Virus record (IMG/VR): IMGVR_UViG_3300032311_001249
Location: 1-64,000 of that record
DNA: 64,000 nucleotides
From: a virus
Reading direction: 5' to 3' (one strand)
The position numbers and the translations under genes are program-made. Position 1 is the stretch's first letter, and every line of letters starts with the position of its first letter. This document shows, piece after piece, positions 19,005 through 29,176 of this stretch. Under the pieces are notes generated by a model, which worked only from the letters and a program-made list of their open reading frames with translations, searched no databases and was not told the DNA's origin.

Positions 19005-20705
19005 TTATACAAACTCCCAAGAGGAATTTTCTAATAAATCTTGATATTTATCAGGTAAAGATGTGGTATAAACATTGTTAGGATTAAAAAATACATTAAA
19101 TTCCTTGCCACCCCCCACATCTCTGATTGGTTTATTTTCATTTCCTAAATAATTATTAACAATATTAGAAAGGTGTTGGTTTGGGTCTAATATAGCACTT
19201 GGTTTTCCAGCATCATCATATTCTGTAATATCTAAATATTTTTCACAAATATCTTTTTCTAATAAAACTAAAGCCCAAACCAAAGCCATAACACGGTCAT
19301 CATGATGTCCTTTTTTTGCTGCCCATGTTTTATTTTGTTTTCTTATAAATGTTTCAAATTCTCTTATTGTGTTTACATCAAATATTTTAACACTCTGTTT
19401 TTTTTCCACAAAATATTTTAAATTTTGAATTCCGGTATATTTTGAATTTTGATGACAAAAGATTCCCGGATTTTGATAAACTCCTCTTTTATCATTTTTC
19501 ATATTAAATGAAACTATATTGTCATAATTATGAACATTAATAAGAGCATCCAAAACTTGACCTCCTTCTTTATTTCTTTCTATACAAAGAAACGGCCTGC
19601 CCCAACTTCTTGCTATTTGGTTTAATTTTTCTGCAAACACCCAAGGCTGCATTTTATTACTAGCAAAAACTGCACATTGCTCTATTTCATTAGGGTCTGT
19701 TATATCCATTATTTGTGCTATGGTATAGTCTTGTCCAACACCTTCTGCCACATCAACCCCTATGCTTATTATTCTGTCTTTTTGTTTTTCTTTCCAAACA
19801 AAATATTCTCCACCATCAAAAGAATAAACTGCTGGATGTGCCTCTGATTTCATTCTTTCTATAACAGCAGCATTAAGAGCAGCAGTTCCATTTTCCAAGA
19901 ATTCGATTTCGAATTCTTGCTTCCATGTGTCCATGTCATAGTTGATGCTGGCCAACTGTTCTTTAACCCAATCTTGATCTCTTCCCGGAACTTCTGAATA
20001 GTGTATTTTTACAGCGGTCCATTTATTTTTAGGAGCATTTTTAAATATTTCATAAAATTTACCTTCTGCTCCTTTTGGAGTGGAAATGAGAACTATTTTA
20101 GCAGATTTAGAAGATGAAATGGTGGGCATCACGGATTTAAAGAAAGGATCAGCAATCTGTGAAGCAATGTGAGCAAACTCATCAACAAAAAGAAGATTTA
20201 CAGATTTACCACGAATACCACTTTCTGATGTGGTGGACACGAATATTTTACTACCATTTTTAAGTTTTAAAACTTCTTTGGTAAATTCTACAACTCCTGC
20301 CTTTAACCAATTTGGCAATTCTTCATATGCTAATTTTATACGTTCTAATATTTCTTTAGCTTGATCTTCTTTGTTAGCTAATATAGCTACTTGATAATCT
20401 TTATTAAAAATAACATTCCATAAGCAAACTATGGTCATGAGAGTACTTTTTCCTATCTGACGACTAGCACATATTATGGTTCTTTTATTATCTAAAATTT
20501 TTAATATAGCATTTTTTTGAGCTTCGAATAATTTTATTTTCTGTCTTCCTTTATCAAGATTAACTATATAGAAATAATTTTCTGCAAAATAAGAAATATC
20601 TTGCATGCATTTTTTCATCTCTAATGCTTGTTCTGGAGTATATTGAATGGTTATATCAACCGGAAGACTCTCGTTATTATTTAAATATTTGTCTGTTTTT
20701 TTCAC
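19005..20705 (-). CDS. 17: Terminase large subunit gp17
   Basis: ASRQIGKS Walker A, VDEFAH Walker B, ISTPKG, DVAEGVGQDY, HDD nuclease. Confidence 0.97.
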   Translation of the reverse strand: MKKTDKYLNNNESLPVDITIQYTPEQALEMKKCMQDISYFAENYFYIVNLDKGRQKIKLFEAQKNAILKILDNKRTIICASRQIGKSTLMTIVCLWNVIFNKDYQVAILANKEDQAKEILERIKLAYEELPNWLKAGVVEFTKEVLKLKNGSKIFVSTTSESGIRGKSVNLLFVDEFAHIASQIADPFFKSVMPTISSSKSAKIVLISTPKGAEGKFYEIFKNAPKNKWTAVKIHYSEVPGRDQDWVKEQLASINYDMDTWKQEFEIEFLENGTAALNAAVIERMKSEAHPAVYSFDGGEYFVWKEKQKDRIISIGVDVAEGVGQDYTIAQIMDITDPNEIEQCAVFASNKMQPWVFAEKLNQIARSWGRPFLCIERNKEGGQVLDALINVHNYDNIVSFNMKNDKRGVYQNPGIFCHQNSKYTGIQNLKYFVEKKQSVKIFDVNTIREFETFIRKQNKTWAAKKGHHDDRVMALVWALVLLEKDICEKYLDITEYDDAGKPSAILDPNQHLSNIVNNYLGNENKPIRDVGGGKEFNVFFNPNNVYTTSLPDKYQDLLENSSWEFV

Positions 20706-20764
20706 TGTTCTGGATATTTTTACTTATTTTGACAAAAAATATAAAAATGAAGTAAATAACATAT

Positions 20765-21631
20765 ATGGAAAACGATTTAGTATCACTATATGAAAGCAAC
20801 TATCTTCGCGGAAGATTAGTTCAAGAAAACACAAAACCTGATTATCTTGATTTGGATAAAGATGGTAATAAGACAGAATCTATGAAAAAAGCTGCAAAAG
20901 ATGCAGAACACGACTCTGATGAAGATGAAGATGAAGAAACTCATGACGAAGCTGTGAAACGTAAATTTAAAAAATCAAATAAAAAATCTATGAAAACCAA
21001 AAGCAAAAAACCAGTTAATGCTGGCGAAATATATGGAGACTCCTTCCAACGCTCTGAAAATATTTTTGATCAAATTTTAAGAGAAATGGATGAGATGGGC
21101 GGAAATTACGATTCTTCTTCTATGGAAGAATCTGATGATGTGTTCGGTGCATCAGATACATCTGATGAAAGTGAACAAACATTCACTCTAAGCGAACTTA
21201 GAAGCATGACTCTTAGCCAGTTAGCTGCTCTCTTGGAAGGTGAAGATGAAGGTGAAGAAGAAGATTACTCTTTCGAAGATGAAAATTATGATGAAGGAGA
21301 TGTTCCTAGCGAATCATATGGTTTCACTGGCGGAGAAGGCAATTACAAAGGAGATCAAGGCAACTATGATGGTAAAGCTAAAAAACAAGCTCCTACCAGC
21401 CATGTAAAAGCTAATGGTGATGCTGATTTTGGCAAAGCTGATACTGGTTTTGATCCAGAAGACACAGAAGGTTCAGAAGGTTCTTTCTTGGGAGACCAAG
21501 ATGAATATGATGGTAAGGCAAAGAAACAGGCACCCTCTAGCCATGTAAAAGCTAATGGTGATGCAGATTTCGGAAAAGCCAAAACAGGTTACAAAACCAA
21601 CAGCGGTAAAAAAGATAAAAATTATTTCTAA
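20765..21631 (+). CDS. Acidic, disordered virion-core-like protein with DxDxDG motif and 47-aa duplication
   Basis: MENDLVSLYE N-terminus; KPDYLDLDKDGNKTESMKKA; YDGKAKKQAP.SHVKANGDADFGKA twice. Confidence 0.55.
   Translation: MENDLVSLYESNYLRGRLVQENTKPDYLDLDKDGNKTESMKKAAKDAEHDSDEDEDEETHDEAVKRKFKKSNKKSMKTKSKKPVNAGEIYGDSFQRSENIFDQILREMDEMGGNYDSSSMEESDDVFGASDTSDESEQTFTLSELRSMTLSQLAALLEGEDEGEEEDYSFEDENYDEGDVPSESYGFTGGEGNYKGDQGNYDGKAKKQAPTSHVKANGDADFGKADTGFDPEDTEGSEGSFLGDQDEYDGKAKKQAPSSHVKANGDADFGKAKTGYKTNSGKKDKNYF
21365..21580 (+). repeat. In-frame duplication, 141-nt period
   Basis: Copies at 21365-21439 and 21506-21580, differing mostly at synonymous sites. Confidence 0.9.
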
Positions 21632-21650
21632 TAAAATAGATAAAAATTTC

Positions 21651-21680
21651 AAAAAACCCAAGTGAAAACTTGGGTTTTTT
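21651..21680 (+). terminator. Intrinsic terminator
   Basis: AAAAAACCCAAGT-GAAA-ACTTGGGTTTTTT. Confidence 0.9.
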
Positions 21681-21718
21681 GTTGTTTATAAATATCATTC
21701 CTATATATAAATACTAGT

Positions 21719-22819
21719 ATGTATTATTATTTGCCTAACAATTTAGTTAACAGAACCATGTATGTTGGTGATTCTTTAAATTTATTGAATGCTTGTTTTA
21801 CTGGTTTGGATACTGGTTTGTACAATCTCTCTGTTTTTACTTTAAATAGAACAAACTTTTTAAGCACCACAATGATTTCTGTAAGTTCTAGATTACAGAC
21901 ACAGATAAACAATCTTCAAGTTTCTAGTATTAGTATTCCTAATAATATAGTTCCTTTTTTTGGTTTTACTTTTAGAAATACATCATACACTAATTTTGAT
22001 ATAGCATTAAGCGCAAAAGGAAGTGGTAGTATATTAGCACAAGTTCCAGACAACACTCCTGTTGGTGGAAACAAAAGAGGTAGAAATTCTGTTGATTGGC
22101 AAAAAAGCAGAAGTGACGCATCTCAAGTTGTTAGTGGAAACTTTTCAGTATTAGGCGGAGGAGACAGCAATACAGTGAATGGTAACTATTCCTTTATAGG
22201 TGGTGGTCAACAGAATATAGTGCTTGGCGATTATTCTGGAATAACAGGAGGAAGAGGAAATAGTGCTTTGAGTGCTTATTCCACTATAGCAGGAGGACAG
22301 AATAATGCTGCTGCACAATTTTCTTTTGTTGGAGGTGGTTTAAACAATAGTGCATTAGCTAGTGCAAGTGTTATACCGGGAGGAAACGGTGCTGTAACAT
22401 ATCATGTAGGTCAATTCTCTCATGCTAATGGATTTTTCGCTAGTGCTGGTGATGCACAGTTCAGTCGTTTCATATTAAGAGGAACCACAAACAGTTCTAA
22501 TAGAAGCACATTATTAAAACCATCAGGCAACACAAATTTTACCATGCCTAATAATAGAGTATGGGATATGAATATAAAAGTAACAGCGGTAGATATAAAT
22601 GGCACAACCAACAGCTATAATGCAAATTTTGTAACTAGAAATCTTTCTAATACATTAAGTAGTATTTCTGGTCAAGGAGTTAGAACAGACGCAAACACTA
22701 ATCTAAATTTAACAGTAAGTTCAAACAATGTTGTGTGTTTTAGTGCATTAAGTCTTGATAGTGCTACATGGTATTGGACAGCCGTGGTGGACACTGTTGA
22801 TGTGGCAATACCTTTATAA
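21719..22819 (+). CDS. Tail fibre/adhesin-like protein (GG..N repeats)
   Basis: DIALSAKGSG...GNKRG...DWQ, S.IGGG.NN repeats, GDAQ, C-terminal WYWTAVV. Confidence 0.7.
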   Translation: MYYYLPNNLVNRTMYVGDSLNLLNACFTGLDTGLYNLSVFTLNRTNFLSTTMISVSSRLQTQINNLQVSSISIPNNIVPFFGFTFRNTSYTNFDIALSAKGSGSILAQVPDNTPVGGNKRGRNSVDWQKSRSDASQVVSGNFSVLGGGDSNTVNGNYSFIGGGQQNIVLGDYSGITGGRGNSALSAYSTIAGGQNNAAAQFSFVGGGLNNSALASASVIPGGNGAVTYHVGQFSHANGFFASAGDAQFSRFILRGTTNSSNRSTLLKPSGNTNFTMPNNRVWDMNIKVTAVDINGTTNSYNANFVTRNLSNTLSSISGQGVRTDANTNLNLTVSSNNVVCFSALSLDSATWYWTAVVDTVDVAIPL

Positions 22820-22820
22820 T

Positions 22821-23993
22821 ATGGGATATTTTAGTTCAACAATAGATTTAGATACTTGTATAGGAAATTCTCTGAATACATTCAATCAGAATTTCACAAG
22901 TTTAGATTTAAATACAAAGGAATTATCAACTATATCTCAAACAAGAACAGATTTTTTAAGTTCTAGAATGGAATCTGTTAGTGCAGATATTTCTAGCACT
23001 CTAACATTTTATAATTTTGTTAGTAGTTTCCCAAACGATTCTGTTGCGGTTATGGTTTTTTCTGGCAACAACAATTCTTTTGACAATGCTGATACTGGTA
23101 TAATAGCTGGTGGTACTGGTGCAACATTAGCACAAGCTCCCGGTCCTTTTATTGCAACAGGAAATAAAAGAGGACAATTTGTAACAGATTTTCAGGAAAC
23201 AAGATCAGAATTAGCACATGTAGCATCTTCTGATTATTCTGTTTTGTTGAATGGTAGTTCGAATACAATCTCTGGTTCAAATGGAAGATACGGATTTATA
23301 GGATGTGGGAATTTAAACTTAATAGCAGCAAATTATTCCACTATTTTATGTGGAACATCAAATAAACTTATTAATTTTTATGGTTTTGCATGTGGTGTTA
23401 ATAATACAAATGCTTATGGAACTCATAGCTTTATATGTGGATCAAATAACACAAATTCGTATGCTACAGCAGGTCCAAATCCTCTTACAACTAATTCAAC
23501 AGGATCAGGAGCCTATATGTTTGGCTCTAATGGAGTGAGTTATTACGAAAATCAGGGAATATATTCTAACGGAATGAATAATTTTAGAAGTGGAGATAGT
23601 CAGCAAACTGTTTTACTTTTTAGAGACATCACAACTAGTGCAACCAAAATAAAACATATGGGACCAGTTTCTGTGAATAATTACAATGTCACATTGCCTA
23701 ATTTTCTACCAATAAACACTAATGTTGTATGGAATATGAAATTAAATGTTGTGGGAGTAACATCAGCAGGAGATGTATCATTTTTTAATGTATCATCTTT
23801 TATAATAAGAAGAACTAGTTCTTCTTTGAATATATTATCTGGTGGGGGTGTATATAATGGTCTTAATGCTACAAAACTAACACTATCTGCTATACAAAAC
23901 TATCTTGTCGTTATTGATGTAGAGCAAACTGATAATAAAACTTGGTATTGGACTGCTTTGGTGGAAACTTTACAAACAAGATACAACTCTTGA
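22821..23993 (+). CDS. Tail fibre/adhesin-like protein, tandem paralog
   Basis: Start MGYFSS at 22821; IGNSLN..N.NF..LD, GNKRG...DFQ, GDSQ, WYWTALV shared with the upstream gene. Confidence 0.7.
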   Translation: MGYFSSTIDLDTCIGNSLNTFNQNFTSLDLNTKELSTISQTRTDFLSSRMESVSADISSTLTFYNFVSSFPNDSVAVMVFSGNNNSFDNADTGIIAGGTGATLAQAPGPFIATGNKRGQFVTDFQETRSELAHVASSDYSVLLNGSSNTISGSNGRYGFIGCGNLNLIAANYSTILCGTSNKLINFYGFACGVNNTNAYGTHSFICGSNNTNSYATAGPNPLTTNSTGSGAYMFGSNGVSYYENQGIYSNGMNNFRSGDSQQTVLLFRDITTSATKIKHMGPVSVNNYNVTLPNFLPINTNVVWNMKLNVVGVTSAGDVSFFNVSSFIIRRTSSSLNILSGGGVYNGLNATKLTLSAIQNYLVVIDVEQTDNKTWYWTALVETLQTRYNS

Positions 23994-23995
23994 TA

Positions 23996-24316
23996 TTATA
24001 ACAGTTTATCTTTTGATTTTTGAAAAGATTCTATACAAATTTTGTAACAAACATCAATAAGTTCATCTATTTTTTTGTTAGTCGCTTTTATATCTTTGTT
24101 ATTTTTGTTTGATAATTTGTATTTATATAAAAGAGAAACAACCCCATCTTCTCTGTTGGATAACACAATGTATGTATCATCTATTTCATATTCTTCTATA
24201 AATTTTTTAAAATAGTCTTTTTTATATTTTTCCGTTTTTTCTGTAACTAAATCTACAAAAACAACATCATCATTTTTTAAAAAACAAAACCCGTTTATAA
24301 TTTTATTTTTTTCCAT
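23996..24316 (-). CDS. Hypothetical protein
   Basis: 106-aa ORF in a tightly packed - strand run. Confidence 0.5.
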   Translation of the reverse strand: MEKNKIINGFCFLKNDDVVFVDLVTEKTEKYKKDYFKKFIEEYEIDDTYIVLSNREDGVVSLLYKYKLSNKNNKDIKATNKKIDELIDVCYKICIESFQKSKDKLL

Positions 24317-24545
24317 TTCTACTACTTAAAATTTTTGTAACATCCAAATATTTTTTCATGCATTTTGGGCATGCTATAAAATGTCTTTTATTTGAATCAT
24401 ATCCTACATGAAATTTACCATAACACTTATTGCAAGAATTGGATGGTTTTGATTTTAATGGTATTTGAAAAGAATCTAAAACTTTTTCTTCTTTTTCATT
24501 TACGCTGTATGTGTATCCGCCAAATATTGAAAAATAATAACTCAT
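24303..24545 (-). CDS. Small zinc-ribbon protein
   Basis: CNKC...CPKC. Confidence 0.55.
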   Translation of the reverse strand: MSYYFSIFGGYTYSVNEKEEKVLDSFQIPLKSKPSNSCNKCYGKFHVGYDSNKRHFIACPKCMKKYLDVTKILSSRNGKK

Positions 24546-24546
24546 G

Positions 24547-24918
24547 TTATTCGAACCTTATTTCTAAAATGTTATGAAAAAACTTGTTTGTGTTTTTTAT
24601 GTCTGAATTTTTTATCCATTTTTCCAAATCTTGTTTATAATCTATATTATTAAAAAGAGAACTTAATCTGTAGTCTAAAAAGATGATATTGTCTGTTTCA
24701 TATTCTTCTAAATTGAACGGATATGGAATTTTTACAGTATCTAATTTTTTTGATTTTTCTATTACTATATCATAATAATAATTATTTCCTATAACCTGAT
24801 TTCTAATCAAAAGAAACTTACCTTTTTTTAATACTTCATCTTTTATACACAGAGATATAGTTTTTTGAAAATATTTTTCAAAAACTTTCTCTATTTTTTC
24901 AGAACATGTCAAATTCAT
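24547..24918 (-). CDS. Hypothetical protein
   Basis: Start MNLTC at 24918 follows TAAATA-N5. Confidence 0.55.
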   Translation of the reverse strand: MNLTCSEKIEKVFEKYFQKTISLCIKDEVLKKGKFLLIRNQVIGNNYYYDIVIEKSKKLDTVKIPYPFNLEEYETDNIIFLDYRLSSLFNNIDYKQDLEKWIKNSDIKNTNKFFHNILEIRFE

Positions 24919-24947
24919 AAAAATATTTAATGTGATTATTCTGTTAT

Positions 24948-25496
24948 TCAAGATTTATTTCTGCCTAAATATTTGGTAATTAAATTTTTAACTTTGTTAT
25001 AAACTTTGTTTATTCTTGCTGAAATGGGTTTCTTGATTACTCTTTTTTCTGGCAAATTCATCATCTGTTTTGCCGCTAACTGTTTTCTTGCATAGTATTC
25101 TCCCTCATATCCCATAAAATCTTCTTTTTCATCCTCTGTCATATTTAGTATAAACTCTTTAAACCATTCGTAAAAAGATTGTTCTTGTTCAGGATCATTT
25201 AAATCAAATAACTTTCTTATAGATACTTGCTCTGCTCCAAAAACTCTGTATTCTTGTCTAAAAAAATCCCATATAACGCAAAGATTTTTGGCTTTGTAGT
25301 TGTAACCCATTCCAACTCCTTTAGGAGGTTGAAAGTGAAGAACCGCAAAGCCAAAATCAGGGCTGTTTAAAAGTTTGTAATTCGTTGTTCCTAATACTGC
25401 TCTTACATCATTATATCCTAATTTCTGGTGTCTTCTAACAAATGTTAGTTCCACTACATTATTAGCAAGAATGTTTTGTAAAGATGCATTATTCAC
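24948..25496 (-). CDS. Sm/SH3-like (WYL_2/DUF2693-type) protein
   Basis: VVELTFVRR...R...GTTN...VIWDF...EYRVF. Confidence 0.5.
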   Translation of the reverse strand: MNNASLQNILANNVVELTFVRRHQKLGYNDVRAVLGTTNYKLLNSPDFGFAVLHFQPPKGVGMGYNYKAKNLCVIWDFFRQEYRVFGAEQVSIRKLFDLNDPEQEQSFYEWFKEFILNMTEDEKEDFMGYEGEYYARKQLAAKQMMNLPEKRVIKKPISARINKVYNKVKNLITKYLGRNKS

Positions 25497-25507
25497 CTAA
25501 ATATTTA

Positions 25508-25957
25508 TTAATTTGGACACAACATAGTTTGTTCTATGTGTTTTCTTATTTCTTTTTCATCTTTGCTAGGAGGTTCTACAACCATCATTACTTGTTCTTC
25601 CCTTAATAGCCATGTTTTATATCCATCAACCTTGACCTCATAAGGACTACCAACACCTTGAGGAAAACGTATGTATTCGCCCACTCCAGCTTGTTTTACA
25701 TCACAACCATTCATCAATACTTTGCCTATTCTATATAAACCCTTAGCTTGATTTACAGGTATAGTAATTAGTCCTTTTTGTATAGTATCGACATCTGGTT
25801 CATCAATCAGTTGAACCCAAAGAGTTGTTCCATATAATTTTTTGATGGTCCATTTACTAAAATCTAAATTGTAATCTACTATCTTTTCTGATTGATATAA
25901 TTTTTTGACTGCTGCTTTGATGTTTTCGTCTTGTAGTTTTGTGCGTTCTTCTTCCAT
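25508..25957 (-). CDS. groES: GroES-like co-chaperonin
   Basis: GLITIP mobile loop, GKVLMNG.DV....VGEYI.F, LLREEQVM.VVE. Confidence 0.8.
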   Translation of the reverse strand: MEEERTKLQDENIKAAVKKLYQSEKIVDYNLDFSKWTIKKLYGTTLWVQLIDEPDVDTIQKGLITIPVNQAKGLYRIGKVLMNGCDVKQAGVGEYIRFPQGVGSPYEVKVDGYKTWLLREEQVMMVVEPPSKDEKEIRKHIEQTMLCPN

Positions 25958-25972
25958 AAGTCTATTTAAAAG

Positions 25973-26377
25973 TTATTTTTTGAGTTTCAATATCTTTTCT
26001 TTGTCTTCTTTTATATTTTTCTCTAATTCTGGAAATATTTCCAACAACTCTTTTAGTTGTTTAACAGGAATTTCCAAACAAGAAGATATTGAATTTAATT
26101 CTAGTTTAATTTCTTTTTCTTCATGTTTAATTGCAAAATATTTGTAACGACAGTTTTTTTTTGGAATTAAACATTTTAAGAAATCGTATATTTCTTGACA
26201 GTCATTCCAAGAATGTAATTTATTATTTAATATATCGTTTACTAAATTACAGTAGGTTGGATGCACTCCAGAAACGTATTTCTGAACCAAAAAAGAAACA
26301 AAATTATCACAAGGAGATAATTCCGAAAATTCTTTTTCACATAATATGTCTTTTGCTAAATCTGATGAATTTCTCAT
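25973..26377 (-). CDS. 62: Clamp loader small subunit gp62-like
   Basis: FLVQKYVS...N..N...QEIYDFL..LIPKK..RY.YF pattern; 134 aa. Confidence 0.6.
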   Translation of the reverse strand: MRNSSDLAKDILCEKEFSELSPCDNFVSFLVQKYVSGVHPTYCNLVNDILNNKLHSWNDCQEIYDFLKCLIPKKNCRYKYFAIKHEEKEIKLELNSISSCLEIPVKQLKELLEIFPELEKNIKEDKEKILKLKK

Positions 26378-27111
26378 ATTCTCATAATTTTGTTACCGTA
26401 TTTTTCTTTAAATTCTTGTGCATGTTTTTGCCATGTTTTATCATTAGCAAATTCACCCAATCCATGATGTATTACAAAAATTGGCCATACTCCTATTTTT
26501 AAACCAAGATCAAAAGCTTTACAGCACATGCACATATCATAATGGTGAAAAGTGAATTGTCTATCAAAAATTTCTTGTTTGTCTGTTAGACTACTCATTT
26601 TAAAACTCATGAATAGACCATCAATAACAACAACAGGAGATGGGGTTGGTCCAAAATATACTGAATTTATATGATTCTGTTCTACTCCATTAAAACCTTT
26701 TGGAATATAATGATTTACTATACCTCTGCTGTGCTCTGGTTTTTCTCTGCACAAATGCCAAACCATGGGATTATTTGTGTTATAATTTTGAGATGTTGAT
26801 CCAGCAAGACCCACAACATCATAAAATTCATGCGCTTTTATTAATTTATCAAAAAAGAAATGGTCGTGTATTTCTAGATCATCATGCATAAAAATAGCAT
26901 AATCACAGTCATTTTTATTTAATTCATCTTGATATAATTCTGATAATCCTTGTGAATTTTCGGTAAATGGTCTTAAAATTATATTAACATCATCATTTTT
27001 TACATTTATTTTAGAATGTATCAAAGATTGTAAACATTTATAACATTGAGAAGAAGAAAATTGCTCTTTGGTTTGTTTGGTAGGTACAGTTATTTTTATA
27101 TTTAAAGTCAT
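26374..27111 (-). CDS. Glycosyltransferase-like (GT2-related)
   Basis: FMHDD, VVGLAG, VIDGLFM, FD..F.FHHYD, H.G.G. Confidence 0.75.
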   Translation of the reverse strand: MTLNIKITVPTKQTKEQFSSSQCYKCLQSLIHSKINVKNDDVNIILRPFTENSQGLSELYQDELNKNDCDYAIFMHDDLEIHDHFFFDKLIKAHEFYDVVGLAGSTSQNYNTNNPMVWHLCREKPEHSRGIVNHYIPKGFNGVEQNHINSVYFGPTPSPVVVIDGLFMSFKMSSLTDKQEIFDRQFTFHHYDMCMCCKAFDLGLKIGVWPIFVIHHGLGEFANDKTWQKHAQEFKEKYGNKIMRI

Positions 27112-27116
27112 AAAAT

Positions 27117-27144
27117 ACTATACTACCATTACAAAAAAAGTCAA
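27117..27144 (-). promoter_or_regulatory. Sigma70-like promoter
   Basis: TTGACT-16-TATAGT, 5 nt before ATG 27111. Confidence 0.55.
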
Positions 27145-27163
27145 TCTTCAATAAATATTAAAT

Positions 27164-27691
27164 ATGAACTACAAGCAATTTTTTAATAAATTACTACAAG
27201 AAGCTGTTAATCCTACACATGAGATACCAGATGATGCTATTAATGGTATTTTGGATGATGACACAAATCCAGACGAATTCAGAAACGACATTAGCGTTAA
27301 CGGAGCACCAAAAAGTAGCGTAGATGATGCTAAGAATTTATGGGAGAATGAAACCTCTATTTCTGGTTCAACTCCAGAAGAAAAGAAAGTTTCCATCAAA
27401 AAAACTGAAAACTTTTTAACAAAATTAAACACTTACAAGAGCAATCTTAAAAATTTAAGCCCAGAAAAAAAATATACTGATATTGCTATTCTTGCAGATT
27501 TAGTGTCTTCTGATCCTGACATGAGTGAAAAATATACTAAACTTAATGCTAAAATAGAAAAACTTAAAAAAGCGGAAGAATTGAGAAAACAAGCAGAACA
27601 AATGGAACAAGAGGCATCTAGTTCTGAATCTGATGTAAATGATTCTGGTTTTGATTCACAAGCAGAACCACTGCCTAGTCCCCAAGCTTAA
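27164..27691 (+). CDS. Putative internal head protein
   Basis: MNYKQFFNKLLQE N-terminus; acidic/disordered; TAAATA-N6-ATG. Confidence 0.5.
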   Translation: MNYKQFFNKLLQEAVNPTHEIPDDAINGILDDDTNPDEFRNDISVNGAPKSSVDDAKNLWENETSISGSTPEEKKVSIKKTENFLTKLNTYKSNLKNLSPEKKYTDIAILADLVSSDPDMSEKYTKLNAKIEKLKKAEELRKQAEQMEQEASSSESDVNDSGFDSQAEPLPSPQA

Positions 27692-28706
27692 CTAGACCCT
27701 TTTGACCACTATAACAACTCTTTAATATTAGAGCAGGATCAACAAAATCCTGCTCTTTTTTTATGCAGTATTCATTCAAATCTTTGAATTCTGAGAATTC
27801 GTTATCATATAAAAAAACAGTCTCATTTTTTTGTAATTTTTCTTTTATGATTTCTATAACTTGTTTTTTCTCAAAACGAAAGTTATCTAGTATCCATATT
27901 TTATTATGAAAAGGAAATTCACTGGTTAATATATATTCTTGTTCTGTTGTTAGTTTGGTTCCAGAAATTGATACACCGTTTTTTAAAAACATACTGTCTA
28001 TTTGGCCTTCAAAAAGAAAAATATAAGGATAGTTTTCATCAATTTTACAAGAATTAAACAACGGTTTTTTGCTACCAAATTTTAATAAATATTTTCCTTT
28101 AGTGTCATTATCCAATAAAGCTCTTGAAGTATAACAAGTGATTTTGGAGTTATTATCATAGTAGGGTATTATCAATCTGTTACCATGAAATTTATCATTC
28201 AAACAACAATATAGAGTTTTTGGAGAATTTATTGCTGAAAAAAGTCTTCTTTGTTCACAGTATTTTTTAGCTTTTTGAATAATATCATATTTTGAAAAAT
28301 ATTTTAACTGCAATTCATCTTTAAGATTCACACATTCTCCCGGAAGGCTAGGAAGTTCAAAACTAGTTTCTTCTTGTTTATCAAGAACCAACTGATATTT
28401 AAAATCATGAACATAACCTTTTAATTCTTTGATTATCTCTTTGAAAGTTAAACCTGTTGCTTCTTTTACCCAAAAATATGGTGTCCAACTACGAAAACAA
28501 TTATGGCAGTAGAGATAATCGTCTTTTTTAAAATAAAAAAGTCTGGTTTTTTTGCCCCAACTACTACCTTCACTACAAATTGGACAACAACCATTCAGAT
28601 AGTTGGTTGTTTCTCTAACGTTGTAGGAAAAAGAATAAAACTTATCTATAACATAACTTTGGGGTAGTTCCATAAATGACTGTATCACAAACTTTGCTGT
28701 TTTCAA
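27675..28706 (-). CDS. 61: DNA primase gp61
   Basis: CPIC...CHNC zinc finger, RLIIPYY, TOPRIM FEGQIDSMFL, ILDN, KDLNE. Confidence 0.92.
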   Translation of the reverse strand: MKTAKFVIQSFMELPQSYVIDKFYSFSYNVRETTNYLNGCCPICSEGSSWGKKTRLFYFKKDDYLYCHNCFRSWTPYFWVKEATGLTFKEIIKELKGYVHDFKYQLVLDKQEETSFELPSLPGECVNLKDELQLKYFSKYDIIQKAKKYCEQRRLFSAINSPKTLYCCLNDKFHGNRLIIPYYDNNSKITCYTSRALLDNDTKGKYLLKFGSKKPLFNSCKIDENYPYIFLFEGQIDSMFLKNGVSISGTKLTTEQEYILTSEFPFHNKIWILDNFRFEKKQVIEIIKEKLQKNETVFLYDNEFSEFKDLNEYCIKKEQDFVDPALILKSCYSGQKGLVKLGD

Positions 28707-28724
28707 TAAGTAAATTTATAAAAT

Positions 28725-29168
28725 ATGACAAAAAATTTTGATTTTTTCTATGAACAATTAATAAAAGAGGTTTTTACATCCAAAAATAAAAGGAGAGAAA
28801 ATCGTTATGGGTTGAATGAACCTAATACTAGTTCAAAGATCAGAGCCGTCAGATTGTTTCCTAGAAAAACAGACTCACAAGATACTAAAATAGGTAATTC
28901 TCAACAATATGTTGGAAACTACTGGAAAAAAGATGGAATAAGAACCAACAAATCTGAGAAAACAGCAACAGAAAGAGCGATAGCTAATGGAACTGGTGGT
29001 CATTTGAGAATAAAAGGTGTTAATCCTAAAAAACCGGGAGCCAAAGTAAACTCCAAACAAGGAGATATGGAAGTCAAATATTCTCTTGGTAATGGAATGT
29101 ATAAAGTGGGTAAAACTGGTAAAACACAGTTTAAAAATGTAGAAAAGATATTCAGCAAACAAGATTAA
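28725..29168 (+). CDS. Basic protein with capsid-targeting-like N-terminus
   Basis: MTKNFDFFYEQLIKE, then a K/R/G-rich body. Confidence 0.5.
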   Translation: MTKNFDFFYEQLIKEVFTSKNKRRENRYGLNEPNTSSKIRAVRLFPRKTDSQDTKIGNSQQYVGNYWKKDGIRTNKSEKTATERAIANGTGGHLRIKGVNPKKPGAKVNSKQGDMEVKYSLGNGMYKVGKTGKTQFKNVEKIFSKQD

Positions 29169-29176
29169 GTAATTAT

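Noticed and set aside
25508-25957. GroES without GroEL as a novelty
   Set aside because: Phage co-chaperonins that use host GroEL (T4 gp31 type) are well known.
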